From Saprolegnia diclina VS20 (taxonomy: Eukaryota), in assembly GCF_000281045.1 (NCBI RefSeq), contig NW_008246070.1, forward strand, positions 648,954-712,953: DNA of 64,000 bases, read 5' to 3'. Shown here piece after piece: positions 23,132-36,300 of the stretch (its first letter is position 1; every line of letters starts with the position of its first letter). A model generated the notes under the pieces. The model saw nothing but the letters and a program-made list of their open reading frames with translations, did no database searches and had not been told where the DNA came from. The position numbers and the translations under genes were made by a program.

Positions 23132-24162
23132 ATGGCACCGCAGCAAACGACGACGACGTATGAGGAAGAGCCCGCCGAGATGACGGTCGGGATCATCGGC
23201 GGCTCGAGCCTCTTCCACTCGAAGCGCTTCTCTGGCATGGACCAAGTCACGGTCCCGACCGAGTATGGCCCGGTACTGGCGTACAAGGGCCGCTGGGGCA
23301 CGTCGAGCACGGACATCGTCTTCATCCAGCGCCATCACGCCGATGGCGACAAGCCGTCCGAGTACAAGCAGCCGCGCAACATCAACTACCACGCGATCGT
23401 GACGGCGCTCAAGGAGCTCAACTGCGACTGCATCATTGGCGTCTACTCGGTCGGCTCGATGACGACCACGATCCCGATTGGCAGGTACAGCTGCCACATC
23501 CTTTCCATTCATGTATGCTCATCACGGCGCTTGCAGCATGGCGATCCCGAACGACTACTTCAACCCGTTCGACATCATCAACATCTCGTCGCACTACGAA
23601 GCCCACATCGTGCCCTGTACGCCATCGCTATCAGCATGCGCAGTGTCTCATGTGACGTAGGTATCTCGGAGCCGCTGCGCAAGTACTTTCTCGAAGTGCT
23701 TCGTGCCGAGGGTCTCAACCCGCACGATGGCGGCGTCTACGTGCAAACGGCGGGCCCTCGCTTCGAGACCAAGGCCGAGATCCGCTTCTTTGCTCAATTC
23801 GGGGTACGACCATGCACGTCTCGCCTTTGTGATACTCATAATTCGGCGGTAGGAGCTCGTGGGCATGACGGGCTGCCACGAAGCTGGCCTCGCAAACGAG
23901 CTTCAAGTGCCATTTGCGATGGTGTCGATCGTCGACAACATGGCGCACGGTATCGGCGAGCAGCTTACGGTACGCAGCTGTGACGTGGCGCTCTAGTATA
24001 CTGATCGCATTCTAGTTGGAACAATTCAAGATTGCGCAAAAGGCCAACTGCGCCACGATGGAGCGCTCGGTCGTCAAGATTCTCGACAACATTTCCCGTA
24101 CCGTGCTCGAAGAAGACCTCCTCGGCGACGACGACGACAAGGCCGCTGCCGAGTCGTGCTGA
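23132..24162 (+). CDS. MTAP/PNP-family purine nucleoside phosphorylase (possibly 5'-methylthioinosine / 6-oxopurine type)
   Basis: Motifs GIIGGS, QRH, SVGS, GPRFETKAEI, VGMT..EAGLANEL and SIVDN; four short introns. Confidence 0.85.
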
Positions 24163-24254
24163 TGACTAGCGTCTTAACCACCTGTAATTATTTGCCCCGT
24201 TTACCTTTGCTAGAGCGCACAACCAGCAACTTGTCGAGGACTCGTAGTCTCACA

Positions 24255-25461
24255 TTATATCACAAATGAGCCACGGGTCTTGTGGTCCGCCGCCTTGAAC
24301 GAGCCGTACGCGACAAGGCGCTGTGCGAGATGCGGCTCGGTGGCGCTCCCGGACGAGTAGGCAAACACACGGTGCCCGACGCCAACCGGCAGCTCGGGTG
24401 CTTCGTTATGTACCAAGGTCGTCGCGTAGAGGAGGAGTGCCATTCCGCTGAGCTGCACTACGCTTGCGACGCCGGCCCACGGCTCGTCGACCGGCAGACT
24501 CGTGCTGTACTGCAGCACAATGCCGACGGCCCACACGCTCGGCGCCAAGCTAACCGCGAGTACGTACCCGTACACCTCGTCGAGGTCTCCAAGCACGCGG
24601 ACAGCGACGACGTGAAAGGTGGTCGTCGAGAGGACAGTCACGAGCGCAGCGGCGAGAAGGTCCGAATTCGTGGCAACACCGTGCGCCGTGGCAAGGACGT
24701 TTTCATACAGCCCCGAGCTCATCGGCATGCAGTAGGCCGCGGGGAAGACGAGAAGCGCCATGAAGAGGCAGCCCCATAGCCCTTGAACACCGATTCCGAG
24801 GAGCGGGGGCAGCGGCTCGGACGCGTCGGCGTCGACAAGGAACAGAACGCTTTGCACGATGCAGCTGGCGCCAAGGAACAAGAGGCCGCGCGCAATCGAG
24901 GATGACGCGGCCGGTGCGCTACAAACGGTACCGACGACGATGCATGTCAACGCGACGAGGTAGAGCCCGAGGCCGCGCGTCGCGAGCGAGGGCGCGTCGT
25001 CTCTCTTGAGAAGCCACTTGAGCAAGGCGACGAGAGGCATGACGCTGTACTGGAGGAGCTTGTGTGTGCTGGGCGCGAGATACAAGAGGCCGGCCATCGC
25101 GAGCGCCGTCGCGAGCACGTCGATCACGGCCGGACGACAGAGACGCCAGAAGGCCCCTTTCTCGATCGTCGTTCGCTCGCCATTACACGTCGAGATGTAA
25201 TGGACGGGCACCACTACGTTCATCACGCGATACATCAGGACCAGACGGGACGCTGCATCCTAGGCGTACACAATGCCATCGCTAAAAAGACAAGGCCGGT
25301 CTGGAAGAGCGGCTGGACGTCCACGCCATTGTGCGAGGAAAGGCCGAACGCCACCTAGAGCGTCACAGTGCATGCAGCGAGGCCAGTAGGCGCGCGCCTA
25401 CCTTGAGCGAGAGCGTGGCCGCCGTTCCTGCCACGAGCGCTGCGGCGCTGCGGCTTGCCAT
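24255..25461 (-). CDS. Drug/metabolite transporter superfamily, SLC35F6-like
   Basis: Multiple transmembrane segments with PAVIDVLATAL..AGLLY and G.QGLWG. First exon reads MASRSAAALVAGT..K; the 5' exon structure is approximate. Confidence 0.65.
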
Positions 25462-26097
25462 GGCTTCGAAAAGACTGACGCACGAACTACGGACTTCGAT
25501 GCGTGCGTAGTTCGAACCGCGGAGGCAAAGTGGGCGCGGATTGGTGGGTTTGGCCGATCTTGATCTGAGTTGCGAAACCTGAAGCTAAAATCACGCCATC
25601 TTGGCGCGCAACCGGGTTCGAGTCGGGTACCCTATCACTGCAAGGTGCCACGAGGATTTGCGGCACCGCGCATGTGATTGGGTGTGGCGTACTTGGGTGC
25701 AGCAATTGACGGCGGACGCTCGACACGACGGAGATCTACGCAGGCGCGGGGCGATAGTTGCGTGCGGCTAGCGCCTTGAGATGGGTCAATTCGCTCTTGG
25801 GTGCTTTTGCGCGCACTAATGCGCATCTCTATGACGCGGCAATGCAAGTACAATGTACTTGGGCATGGGAACGTTGAAGCAACTGCCTTTCTTCGATCGT
25901 AACGAGGCCGACGCGCCGACATTGCTCGGGCAAGGGCCGTCGCGAGCCACCCGCTGCATAGCCACGGCAAGCACGCCAGCGCGGTCGACCAAGGGCAAGG
26001 GTCAATGCCAAGGGCGAGTATAGATATGTTATTAACATGATGTATGGGATCGTTAAGTTAATGCGGGAAGAATGTGATGTCGTAGATAATGGGCGGC

Positions 26098-26571
26098 TCA
26101 CCAGCCTTGGCGCGGGTTGCCGATGCTAAAGTATTCGCTTACGACGAACCGGTCGTCGTGCTCGGCCGCGGTGATGCGAATGTAAAAGTTGTGGCCAATG
26201 ACGCCCCACGGCACCTTGGAGTAGACAAAGCAGCCCGTGTTGGGCGCGTGCGTGGCAATCGTCGTCATGGCGCTCGAGCCCCACTGGCAGAGCTCGATGC
26301 GGACACTGCTGATGCGGTCGTCGAGCACGCTCCACTGGATGCAGACGGGGCTGCCGCGGATCCACATGCACGAGCGCGTCGGGTACATGATGGTGGCCAT
26401 GCTCGCGTCGCCCGTGCGTGCCGGTCGGTCGAGGAAGGACGACGTCGTCGTCATGCGCGGCGGCTCCAGGAACGGCGTCGTGGCGCTCAAGAATGGCGAC
26501 GGCCGCCGCTTGTTCATGTGGAAGAGCGTGTACTTGTAAAGCGGGTTGTTGTGCATGCTGCTCACGGCCAT
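26098..26571 (-). CDS. Hypothetical protein with a C-terminal Kre9/Ser-Thr-rich-GPI-family-like beta-sandwich
   Basis: Pattern YP....W.RG....IQW...V.IEL...NTG.F....P......F.IRI....S.YFSI; no obvious signal peptide. Confidence 0.5.
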   Translation of the reverse strand: MAVSSMHNNPLYKYTLFHMNKRRPSPFLSATTPFLEPPRMTTTSSFLDRPARTGDASMATIMYPTRSCMWIRGSPVCIQWSVLDDRISSVRIELCQWGSSAMTTIATHAPNTGCFVYSKVPWGVIGHNFYIRITAAEHDDRFVVSEYFSIGNPRQGW

Positions 26572-27679
26572 GGTCCCGACGTTTGAGTTATGGCGACGGT
26601 CGCGACGATGGAGCAGCAATCCATCCAGAAGGCGAGGCAACCAATCCGGAGGCGCACAGCTGGTTGTGGGCTCGCTACGCACCACAGACAGGCTCCCAGA
26701 AGCGCTAAAAAAATACCCACCTTTGCATAGACTCTATGGCATACGTGGCGGACTTTAATATTGCCATTTGGGGTGCCACCCTCTCCAAGTGGCATTGAGA
26801 CGACTACGGACAGACGGCGTTAGTTTCCTACATACTCAAGGTAATATAAATCAAAAATAAAAAATAGACCGAGGATGGATCTGGTTAATGGCATGACGTG
26901 GCGCGCCCGTTCGCACGCAACAACAGCTGGCGCGCTGACGATGGCGCGGAAGGCTGGCGCAACTCGGAAGCGTGATAGGCAGGCGAATAGACACGACACA
27001 TACCATTTGACGTTGAGGCGCCGGTAGGTTTTATTAGAGTGCGGATCGTGGAGCGTAGCGTCGGCGCGTGACGCGGCATTTTTATAATACTCGAAGCAAT
27101 GATCCAGCTTGCTGCTTTGCACGGAGAATGCCGTCGGCGTCAATCGCGACGCAAAGTCCCACGACCAAGGAGCTGATTCGTAATTTTGCTTTGCATCGAA
27201 TGCTCCCATCAAGTGGACTGTCTGTCAACTTCAGGATGGCGCGTCGGACCCACTCCATGCATTGGACGTTTGTATGCTTCTCGGCGCGCACCAAGTAGTA
27301 AAGGGTGCGTGCGCATCCCCACCCGTGTGGTTTCTTTGCAGAAGGAGTAGCTCGGTACAAAATTCGCTGCATCTCCGCCTGCAGCCAACGCCGCGCGATG
27401 CACGCGTTCGAGTACTGTCAGGCACGCCGCCATCTCGCCACGTCCGTGGTCTGAGTTGACCAGACGCGTACGAGTGTAGGAGGATTCGTCGACCGCGTTG
27501 GTTTTGTTACGAGCCATGCGCGTGGCGTACCGTACGACACAAGGAACCAGAGCCGGGTATCCATGTACCACGAACGGGGCAATCCTTGAAGAAGCCGAGT
27601 GCCAATCACGAGCGTGGTCTAAATTTAGCGTCGCGCGCGCTTTTGAATTCCTGAAGTACTACACCGCCTTGGCGCTTAA

Positions 27680-29450
27680 ATGAACCGCAAGATCGGCTTT
27701 GACAACCGCGTCTGCTACGAGCGCGACGTGCTCAAGGCGCAAAAGCTGCACCAAGAGCGGCTACGCTCGATGCAGTCGTCGACCTTCTCGCCGGCCGCCA
27801 ACACGCTCGACAACTCGCCACCAAAGCACTATGCCCATTTGGACGCGCGGCTCAAAACGGCCCAGCTCAAGCAAGAGCGCTACCAGCAGATCTTTGAGGA
27901 GAACCAGCACCTCGTGCGCAAAATGACCCGCATCGTGGCAACGCACCCGACCGAACGCGCCGTCGAGTTCCGACCAGGCATGCGCTTGACGGCCGAGCAA
28001 ACGCCGATGCTCGACTCGTACCTTTCGCCGCACTCGCTGAGCCGCGGGTGCGCGATCGAGAAAGGCAGCATGAACAGCGGTTTCCGCCAGCGCGAGCACG
28101 AGAAGATCGAGGCCGAGAACCGCAAGATGCTGGCGCGGCTCACGAATAAAAAGTCGGCGTACAGCGCCTTGCGCTGGGACCAAGTAGGCGGCGGCTTCAT
28201 TTTGGAGCGTACGTCGTTAAATGGAATGCATTAGGAGTACAAGGAATCACTCGTGCGCTTCAAGCATGTGCACCACGACGCGACGGTCGGGTACTTGTCG
28301 CCCAAGCAGCGCGACCCGTCGCCGTACCACGTGCGCGACAAGAGCGCGCTTCCGGTGATCACACCGCGCGACGAGGTCATGTCGGCGCCGTCGCCCCACC
28401 GGCCGAGCCGCAACCCGTCGAATGTGGCCTCGTCCCCGCGTGACGCGATCAAGCGCGGGGTGCCAGCTCCGTCGGGGAGCCAGCGGTGCGTAACCTCCAG
28501 TCTGTCAGCTGCACGACATGCCATCTTGTAGACCGCTCACAGTGGCCAAATCACCGTCACGGCGCAAGTAAATGCTCGAGTGCAATTGTAGCATCCGCTC
28601 AGCACTTCGGATCGCGTAGGCAAACGTACAACACCAAGAGCGTCCCCGTGCTCCTCCTCGAAGCCACGACGTCGCTCGGCGTTCACTTTACAATCGAAGA
28701 AATCCAGACGGCGCTGGTGACACCGACCGAGACGCACCTTGGCGACCAGTACAACTTCGATCGACGTGCTGTGGCATGAGATGACGTGCATAGGGGGCTT
28801 TTGATTCGCGCCAAGAAGGACGAGCGCAGCGGCGAGTGTCTCGTGACCTTACCTCGGCTCAAGGACGTCGCGCAGGCATTGCCAGGCCACAGTGATATCG
28901 AGTATCATACCAGTCGCCTTGGAGGCTGACTAACACAACTGGTAGAGAGAAACTGCGTCGCATTCAAACAACCCCCAACGTTGGCAACTTCCCCCGCGTC
29001 TCGCAAGCGCTTGACGAAGAGACCATCAAGGTGCTCTTGATCAAGCTTGTGCAAAGCGTCCGCGTCTCTGTCGGGCAGGACGAGGGTAGCCTCAGGCTCT
29101 CACTCGAGGTCGTTGCGCCAAACGAGGTGACGCCGCTGGAGCAGCCGTTAAGCGATGCCTTGAAGCCAAGGCGGGATGTCCGCACTGTCTTATCGCTGTT
29201 TGCGTCCCGCGAGTTCCCGTCGCGATCGCTCTTCAAGCACAAGGGAGCCCGGTTCCTCTGCCGTGTGCACGTGTACGAGCTACGCCGGCTGCTCACGTTC
29301 CATGCACTCGACGTCGCGAGTGGCGAGGCGGTCAGCTTTCAGTTCACGGACGTTGAGCTGGTCTTGCACTTCAGCAAAGACATGCCTGTGACTGTACAAG
29401 ACGCGAACCGCAGCCTCTTGAAGCTCGCGCGGAAGCGCATCCAACTCTAA
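27680..29450 (+). CDS. CFAP97/Hemingway (KIAA1430)-domain protein with a C-terminal extension; multi-exon
   Basis: HQERL...LDN..P...HL...QLKQERY..I.EEN..LVRKM and SMN..FRQRE..KI..EN..ML.RL...KS.YS are repeats typical of CFAP97-domain proteins. Confidence 0.7.
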
Positions 29451-30134
29451 GACGATGTATGGTACTTTTCAAGCACGCGTGAGAGTAGGTCGAGTTCGCG
29501 GCCGTAAAACTCGCGCAGTTGGAGCTCAATTTTGCCGAGACGGTCGGGTGCATAGCGTGTGTAGATGGCGACGAGGCCGTCCCGGGCGCGGGCGGCGTTG
29601 GCCTCCTGGTACTGCCTACACCGCGAGGTGAACGACTCACTGCTCGAGTATGTCGACGCACTTAAGCTGGGGCTTTGCATGTTGCAGGAGATCTGCGTAC
29701 GAGGCAGCATAGGGTGCCGTTGGCTCCATGTGCACGGCCCAGAGTATCGCGACCGGGGTTTCTTTGGCGCTGTTGACCGTATCGAGCGCCGCGCCTGCGT
29801 CGAGAAGCACACGGGCACAGACAGGGTCATGCTGACGCAGCGCAAGATGGAGGAGCGTGTCACCGTCGATGGCGTGCTTGAAGAGTGGCGACGCCCACTT
29901 TTCTGCGAGCGCGTCATAGAAGCCTACGGGTGTGCGTCGTTCGTTACCACCGGCGCGATCCCACGCACCTTCGCCCGCAAAGTCAAATGGCGCGCCGCCA
30001 GGTCGTTGCGTCACGGTGGCGTGCGCGGTAGCAGATGGCAGCCGCAGCGCAGCACGGAGGCGCGGCGCGTCCCGGCTGCTTAGCGCCAGAAGGGCCTCGT
30101 GGGCCCACCGTGGCTCGCTCAGCCAGCTTGTCAT
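29447..30134 (-). CDS. Small ankyrin-repeat protein
   Basis: Ankyrin motif DGDTLLHLAL...LLDAGAALD..N...ETP; one intron near 29616-29662; C-terminal helical segment IY..YAP..L.KI...L..F.G.E..L...LEKY. Confidence 0.7.
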
Positions 30135-30434
30135 GATGGATCTTTTTCTAACGTTACATCCGGATGTTCGGATGACCAGGTCGGCCCTCAAATAGTGTGC
30201 ATCGTAGGATTGGGCTCCATACCCGCATGTGCATCGACTGTCATCGTATTGCGCGCAGCATGCAAGCATGCTCCCAAGTACTGCTTGCTCATAACTCTAT
30301 TTGGATCCATGTAATGCGGACCATGGGCTAAAGCGGACTTGCCCAGCTGCGCCAGTGGTATGCCATGAAATAGTGTGTAAAAAGGCGGCGTTGCGCACCG
30401 GGGATTGGCCAAAAACACTATTTTGAGTTTTAGC

Positions 30435-31267
30435 ATGCAAGCGACATCGACGTGGACGAGCGCCGATGCATTGGCATGCGACCTCGAGACGCTTGAAAAT
30501 GGCGTCCTCGCCATCAAGCTAGGCGCGAGCATCTCTCTGGAGCGGCTGGACGAAGAGTCCCCTTGCTCCATCACGCGTGCGCTAGCCAGCTCTGTCGACG
30601 AGGGCTCATGTGCAGTGTAGTCGAGTTCCCAGCGGCGTGCACGCTCAAGACGCTCGAGCTCACGAGCTCCGCCCGCCACGCCGAAGTGTACGTTGGCATC
30701 ATCAATGCCAAGAAGGAGCGCGAGTTCAAGTACTTTGAGACGATCCGCGGTGTGCGCGATGGCGGCGACAAGGACCTGTACCAAGTCGCCGCATCGTTTC
30801 CGGCCGACGACACCTACGAGCGCGCGGTCGCCATCATGTTCAAGTTTCTGTCGCTTCAGCCTCCTGCCAAGAAGAATGAGCTGCGCTTGCGTGAATGCCA
30901 CGTCCGTGCAACGTCGGGGGCGTCGGCGCCGCTGCCGAGTGCACCGAGTGCTCCATCGCTCAATGGCGCGTCGATGGCGATGCTCTTTCAGGTGCAGAGC
31001 GCAATGCAGGCGCAAATCGAAGCCAAAATATACAGCGCGATTGACGCCAAGCTCAGTCAGCTGGCAGCGCGGCTGCAGTCGTCGGAAGCGCTCGTCCAGC
31101 GCCTCGCCGCGCAGGTTCACGAGAACCAGTCGTCCCATGACGCGGCGGCGCTCGCCAGTGTCCTCGACCGCCTGAGTCACTTGGAAACCGATCTCGCAGC
31201 GCTCAAGACGCATCATGTACCGATCCAGGTCGATCCAACCGCCGGCGAAACGTCGATTGATAGATAG
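30435..31267 (+). CDS. Hypothetical protein, possibly C10orf88/PAAT-like
   Basis: The SSARHAEVYV...YFETIRG motif resembles my recollection of C10orf88 (SSARNMEVY); C-terminal coiled coil; intron ends at 30620. Confidence 0.45.
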
Positions 31268-31275
31268 AAAATGTA

Positions 31276-33321
31276 CTACGAGCTGTACGCAGCGTTGAGC
31301 ACCTTTGCGTGCTGCAGCTTGTTGCTAAAGGAACCTGTCTTGCGCACAGATGGTCGCGTTGGCTTGGACAAGCCCACGTGCTCGGCGAGCACTGCATTGC
31401 TCGCACGCTTGGTTTCAAAGAAGTCGAGAAAGCTCGCGGTCGCGGGCGTCGGAAAGATGCGTCGAAAGTGGCCCATGCGCGCCTCCTCGTCGACGAGTTG
31501 CTGGATCCACGCAGCGTCGTCATCCTCTGGCTTGGTACTGATGCTCGACTTTCTACAGTGTGACCGACTTTGGCGAGGTCGAGTCAGGTGGTGTAGAGAC
31601 CGTCGGGTGCTGCGCTCTTTCTTGGCCTGCTCGACGGCTGCTGCAACGTCCGTGGCCGGCAGTCCGACCTACAAGCTATTAAGAGTCGTCAGTGTGTTAA
31701 AAGCGTGTACGAGCTGAAAGGTGTCGCAGATGAGAATCGACTTGATGCGCTTGTCCATCGGCGACGAGCTGCTCATGGATGGGAAGACGTTGACTTCGAG
31801 GAGCCACGGCCGGAGGTTGGCGTCCAAGAGAATGTCAAACCCGTACAGCTCAAAGCAGTTTTGCGCCGTCTTGAGGGACTTGGAACACTGCGCGAGAATG
31901 GCCGACTCGACGCAGAGAAGGGTCTTGACGATCACGGCCGCAATGTCGTCGTGGAGCTTCTCGCAGTTGTGGCCCTCGTCCCGCAAATGTGCCAACAACG
32001 CCTGCGCAACGCGACGTATAGAGACAACGTGTACATTGGGAAGCACCTGGAAGCTCCACTTGCTTCCGCTGCCGTCGTTGCTGCCTTGGTTGGACTGGAA
32101 AGCCTCATTCTTCTTGTTGACGCTGTAGTTGGTCAAGTGCCCAAACCGATTTTTGAGGTCCTTGGCCGCCATCGAGTATTTCTACTTGTACGTGCATTTT
32201 TATTTGGGAAAATTCGGTAGGTATAGGGTCTAACCTGCGTGCAAAAGCGCACGAGACCGTTGTCAAAGAGGTAGACCCGCAGTGGGTCGTAGGACGTGAC
32301 CTGCAAAATAGATCCCATTTACATTCCCTGGAGCCCGTAGTCCAATGTACCAAAACGTAGAGACGCATGTCGAATTTGAAGCCGTTGATCAAGTACGGGT
32401 GCGCAATGTATTTCTACATGCTTTGAGGCGACGAAAGAACAAAGAAGGGTACCTGCGCGACGTAGCGCTTGTCGGGCTCGAACTCGTACTTGGCGCTGCC
32501 CGAGACGAGCTTGATGCCGCGGCCGCAGCACTGGTTGGGCGGCTTGAGGATCCAGATCGCCTTGGGGTCGGCGGCGTACGCTTGCATAAAGTGCCGGCCG
32601 TCCTTGCTGCCAGTGACGTGCGTCTCGGGAATGATGTGGAAGAACTTGCCAAACTTGCGCTGCATGCGCAAGATGTTGGCGCAGAGCTTGTCCTTGCGCC
32701 CGAGCTCGAGGCTGCCGGGAAAATGATTCATCTAAAGCAAAAGCGACCTTGATGCTCGGCAGACAACTTCGGCAGACGCACCTTTTGACCCGGCACGAGG
32801 CGGCCGACCGCACTCGGCTCCAAGTGACGCCTACAGTAGAGTTGAGAACGACGATATAAGGGATTGCAGAACCCCCAAAAAAGACTCCAGGTCGACAGCG
32901 TCGTCTTCTTGGCTAGACAAAGAGTCGTCTGTGCGGTGATATAAGACACTATTGGCTATACCACGATTTGTGTGGAGGACGTTCTTGACGGCGTTGTACA
33001 AGTAGCGCCGTGTACCGTGGTACAGCATCGGAGTTCCTCGTGGCAACGTGCGTACTAAGCAGCATGAATAACCTTTGCATCTCCTGAGCAGCGAGCACCT
33101 TCGTAGCCGATAGGACAAGTGCGCTCCAAGGCGAGGTAGCTTGGGTACTTGCAGAAGAGCACCGGTGGGGTAGTTGCCGAGACAAGAACGTGCAGTCCAC
33201 CACCATCGTCGCCGGTATCGTTGGCATCGATTTCGTTGTCGTCAACGACGTTGTCTTCGTCGTTCGCGTCGTCGTTCTCGTCGTCGTCTGGGACTCGGTC
33301 GGTGGCCACGGGCGTCGCCAT
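31276..33321 (-). CDS. Tubulin-tyrosine-ligase-like (TTLL4/5-type) polyglutamylase; many introns
   Basis: Motifs NHFPGSLELGRKD, WILKP...GRGI, KFDMRLYVLV, GLVRFCT, HLTNYSVNK and CFELYGFDILLD...PWLLEVN..PS. Confidence 0.9.
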
Positions 33322-33388
33322 GACAGAGCCGTTGAGAGTTACAAGTTCATTGACGCCGCTATTTATACGCCCGTAATCAGACAGTCCG

Positions 33389-36300
33389 ATGCAGGCGCCA
33401 CCGAGTCTGTCGGTGCGGCCCGCGTCCTTCAACCGCATCAAGACGATCCTCGACATTCGAAATGCCAAGAAATCCATTGCCGACCACATGCTCGCTATCG
33501 CGTCAACGGGCTCGGACGGGCTCAACGTCGCACCGATGCGCCAGCTCTCGGCGCTCAAGCTCAAACAGTCCGTCATGAGCGTCATGCTCGCGAAAATGGC
33601 CAAGACGTCGTCGCTCAACAAGAGTTCGCGGCCGCTAGAGCTCCCCGGGTCGATCGTCGAGGAGGCGCCGGCCGTCCCCGAAGCCGAGACCGTTGTCGTC
33701 GCATCTCTCGAGGTCGAGCCCCGGAGAGCGTCCATCAAAGAAAAGCCGCCACCCCATGCGCCATTGTCGCCGGAAATGAACCCGCTTAATTTTGAGGACA
33801 TTGCGCGGCCTGTGCCCAAGAACCCGCCCGAGTTGCTGCACCAGCCATCCCTCATTACGCCTAAACTCATTGATGCTGCCGACCACGTCGACGAAATCCG
33901 ACAGGCTGTCATTCGGCTTGTCGCCGAAGGGTCTCTGCGCTTGCTCGTTTGGACTAGTTGACTAGAATACTCGTTATAGAGAGGTCGTCACCGCCCTCGA
34001 CCCCGGCGCCAGCGTGAGCTACGATCACCAAGGCGACCTCAAGTTTTACACGGATGTAGCATCCTGTTGTACTAGTCTGCTTTGGCGCTAAACGGTGGCG
34101 AGATAGGACAACCTGCAAAAACGACTCGAGCTGCGGTACCACCCGCTCTTGTGCCGTATGACGCGCGTCTTTTGGCTCACTATGGTCAAGCCGGACGCGG
34201 ACAAAATGGAGTTTGACGACTACCAGCGCCTCTTTTTGCGGATTCACAAAGTGCTCATCGAGCTCTTTGACCTCGGCGAGTCGCGGATCATGATTGCCGT
34301 ACGCTGCTCCTTGTGTCTCGGTGGCGTCTCACGCGCCCCAGGACGACTGGAAGCGGGACATCGACACGCATACCAACCTCGAATACGAGATGTTTCATCT
34401 CTCGCTCTTTGAGCTCATTGGTAATCTGGTCGAGATCACATCTGGTGATACTGACGCGACCACTAGACATTTGGTGCGACTCGCTGGACGCAGACGACGT
34501 ACGACTGTCGCCTCGCGACGCTTCTCATGTTGGTCGTGTAGTACTGCAACTTGCTCTACTTGATCTTGAACGGCATTACCCATCGCCAATCGGGCTCGTT
34601 TCGTCTGCGGCGCCTCGAAGGTGCGGTGGCGCTGATGTCCTCATCTCATTAGCGTGTAGAGGTCGCGTACATTGACGTTGCAGAGGCGGGCAGCAACATC
34701 TCTTCGCCGCTCATTGCAAGCTTCCTCGATGAAGTCGAGAAGGCCCAGCTACGAAAGTACCGCAACCAAACACGAGGTGTGCAGTCACTTCAAGCACGAA
34801 ACATCTCACTCGCATCAGGCGACGGTAGCGGAGCCAAACCCTCCGATGCAACCAGTGCCGCTAGCGGGACTGCAGACGGCGCGGCCCCCGAGAGTAGTCC
34901 GGAGCAAGCGACGATGATCGCCTCTGCGGCAGAGGCGACAACGATGCTGCTGGACGACGACGAGGCGCTTGCATCGCTGCGTCCGAGGCACCACGCGGCC
35001 ATGCTCGATGACGACGCGCCGCTGGCCAAAACGTTGCACGCAAAGCTCAAGATGGCGTCCACAAGCGCTCCGCCCCCGGAAGAAAAGACAGCCACTATGT
35101 ACCACCCAAGCCACCCGCCGAGCTTCGACTACGATCCCCACATGGACCTCGGTAAACGCATGTAAAAGCACAGCCGCCAACGATGGTAGGCACGACGACA
35201 CCGCGGCGCGTGACGAAGCGACCCTCACAAGCCACGGGGTCAAAAGGAGCTAGCTCGTCCAATCGACTCGCGACGTCATCGTCGAGCCAAAAACCTAACA
35301 GTTCGACGCAAGACCGCCGACCGACGGGGTCGCATGCCGGCACCGATGCGACCATCGTTGAGGACGCCAATGAAACGCGGCGGACATTGCGCGCTTCGTC
35401 CAGGGTGCGCTCCCCCACGCTGCGAGCAAGCACGGGCAGCACTCGGCGAAGCCTCTACGGGACCTCCGACGCGGCTGCGCACCACGGGACCTTCCGCAAT
35501 GAAACGCAATACGAGAGAATTGAAGGTGGTATTCCGACAGGTGACGCAGAGTACGGCTGCAACGCCATGGACGGACAGACCTCTGGTACGGATGACGTCG
35601 AGAGCCCACGCGACCTCGGCGGACGACCCACTACGAGTCCACGGCTCTCGCAGTCGAATGGTATCGGCTCTGGCACCTCGGACTTTGGCTCGGCGGCGTC
35701 GACACCCCGGGGAGGCGGAGGGCTTCGTGGGCGTCAGCCATCCGCATCGCAATCCAGCACAGACGACAACTTTCTGCTGAGTAACGTATCGATGGAAGAG
35801 CTGACACTCTCTGACGGTGGCGTAGCGGCAACGGGGCAGCGCACGAGCTTCACGCGCGGCTTGGATCCGGCTCATTTTCGCCCCAAAGACGAGCTCACGA
35901 CGTCGACAGCGGCGCTGGACGCCACGAACCCGTTTGCTGTCAAAAGCCTCGGGCTCGGCGCGCGCATTCAAAACGCTCTCGCAAAGTCCCCGCGGTACAT
36001 TGGCGAACCCGCCGAGGACGCGTCGGCTCTCGACTGGGCTTCGCTCGGCATTGGTGGCGCCCGAATCCAGCCCGTCCACGGAAAAGTGAGTCGACTCAAC
36101 GCCAAGGTGCAGGCGTCGCCGCGCATGGCCGACTTTGTCGTCGTGTCGCAGTCCGTGCACCCACCTCGGATCCAAACCGCCCCCGAGCACGGGCAGCGGC
36201 CGCAAGTCTCGGCAGACGCCACCAGTGTAAAATGTGAGGAAGTGCTCCAGCCCGCGTCGACGATGGTCGTTCGAGCCAACTCGGGGCGACATGGGCAATT

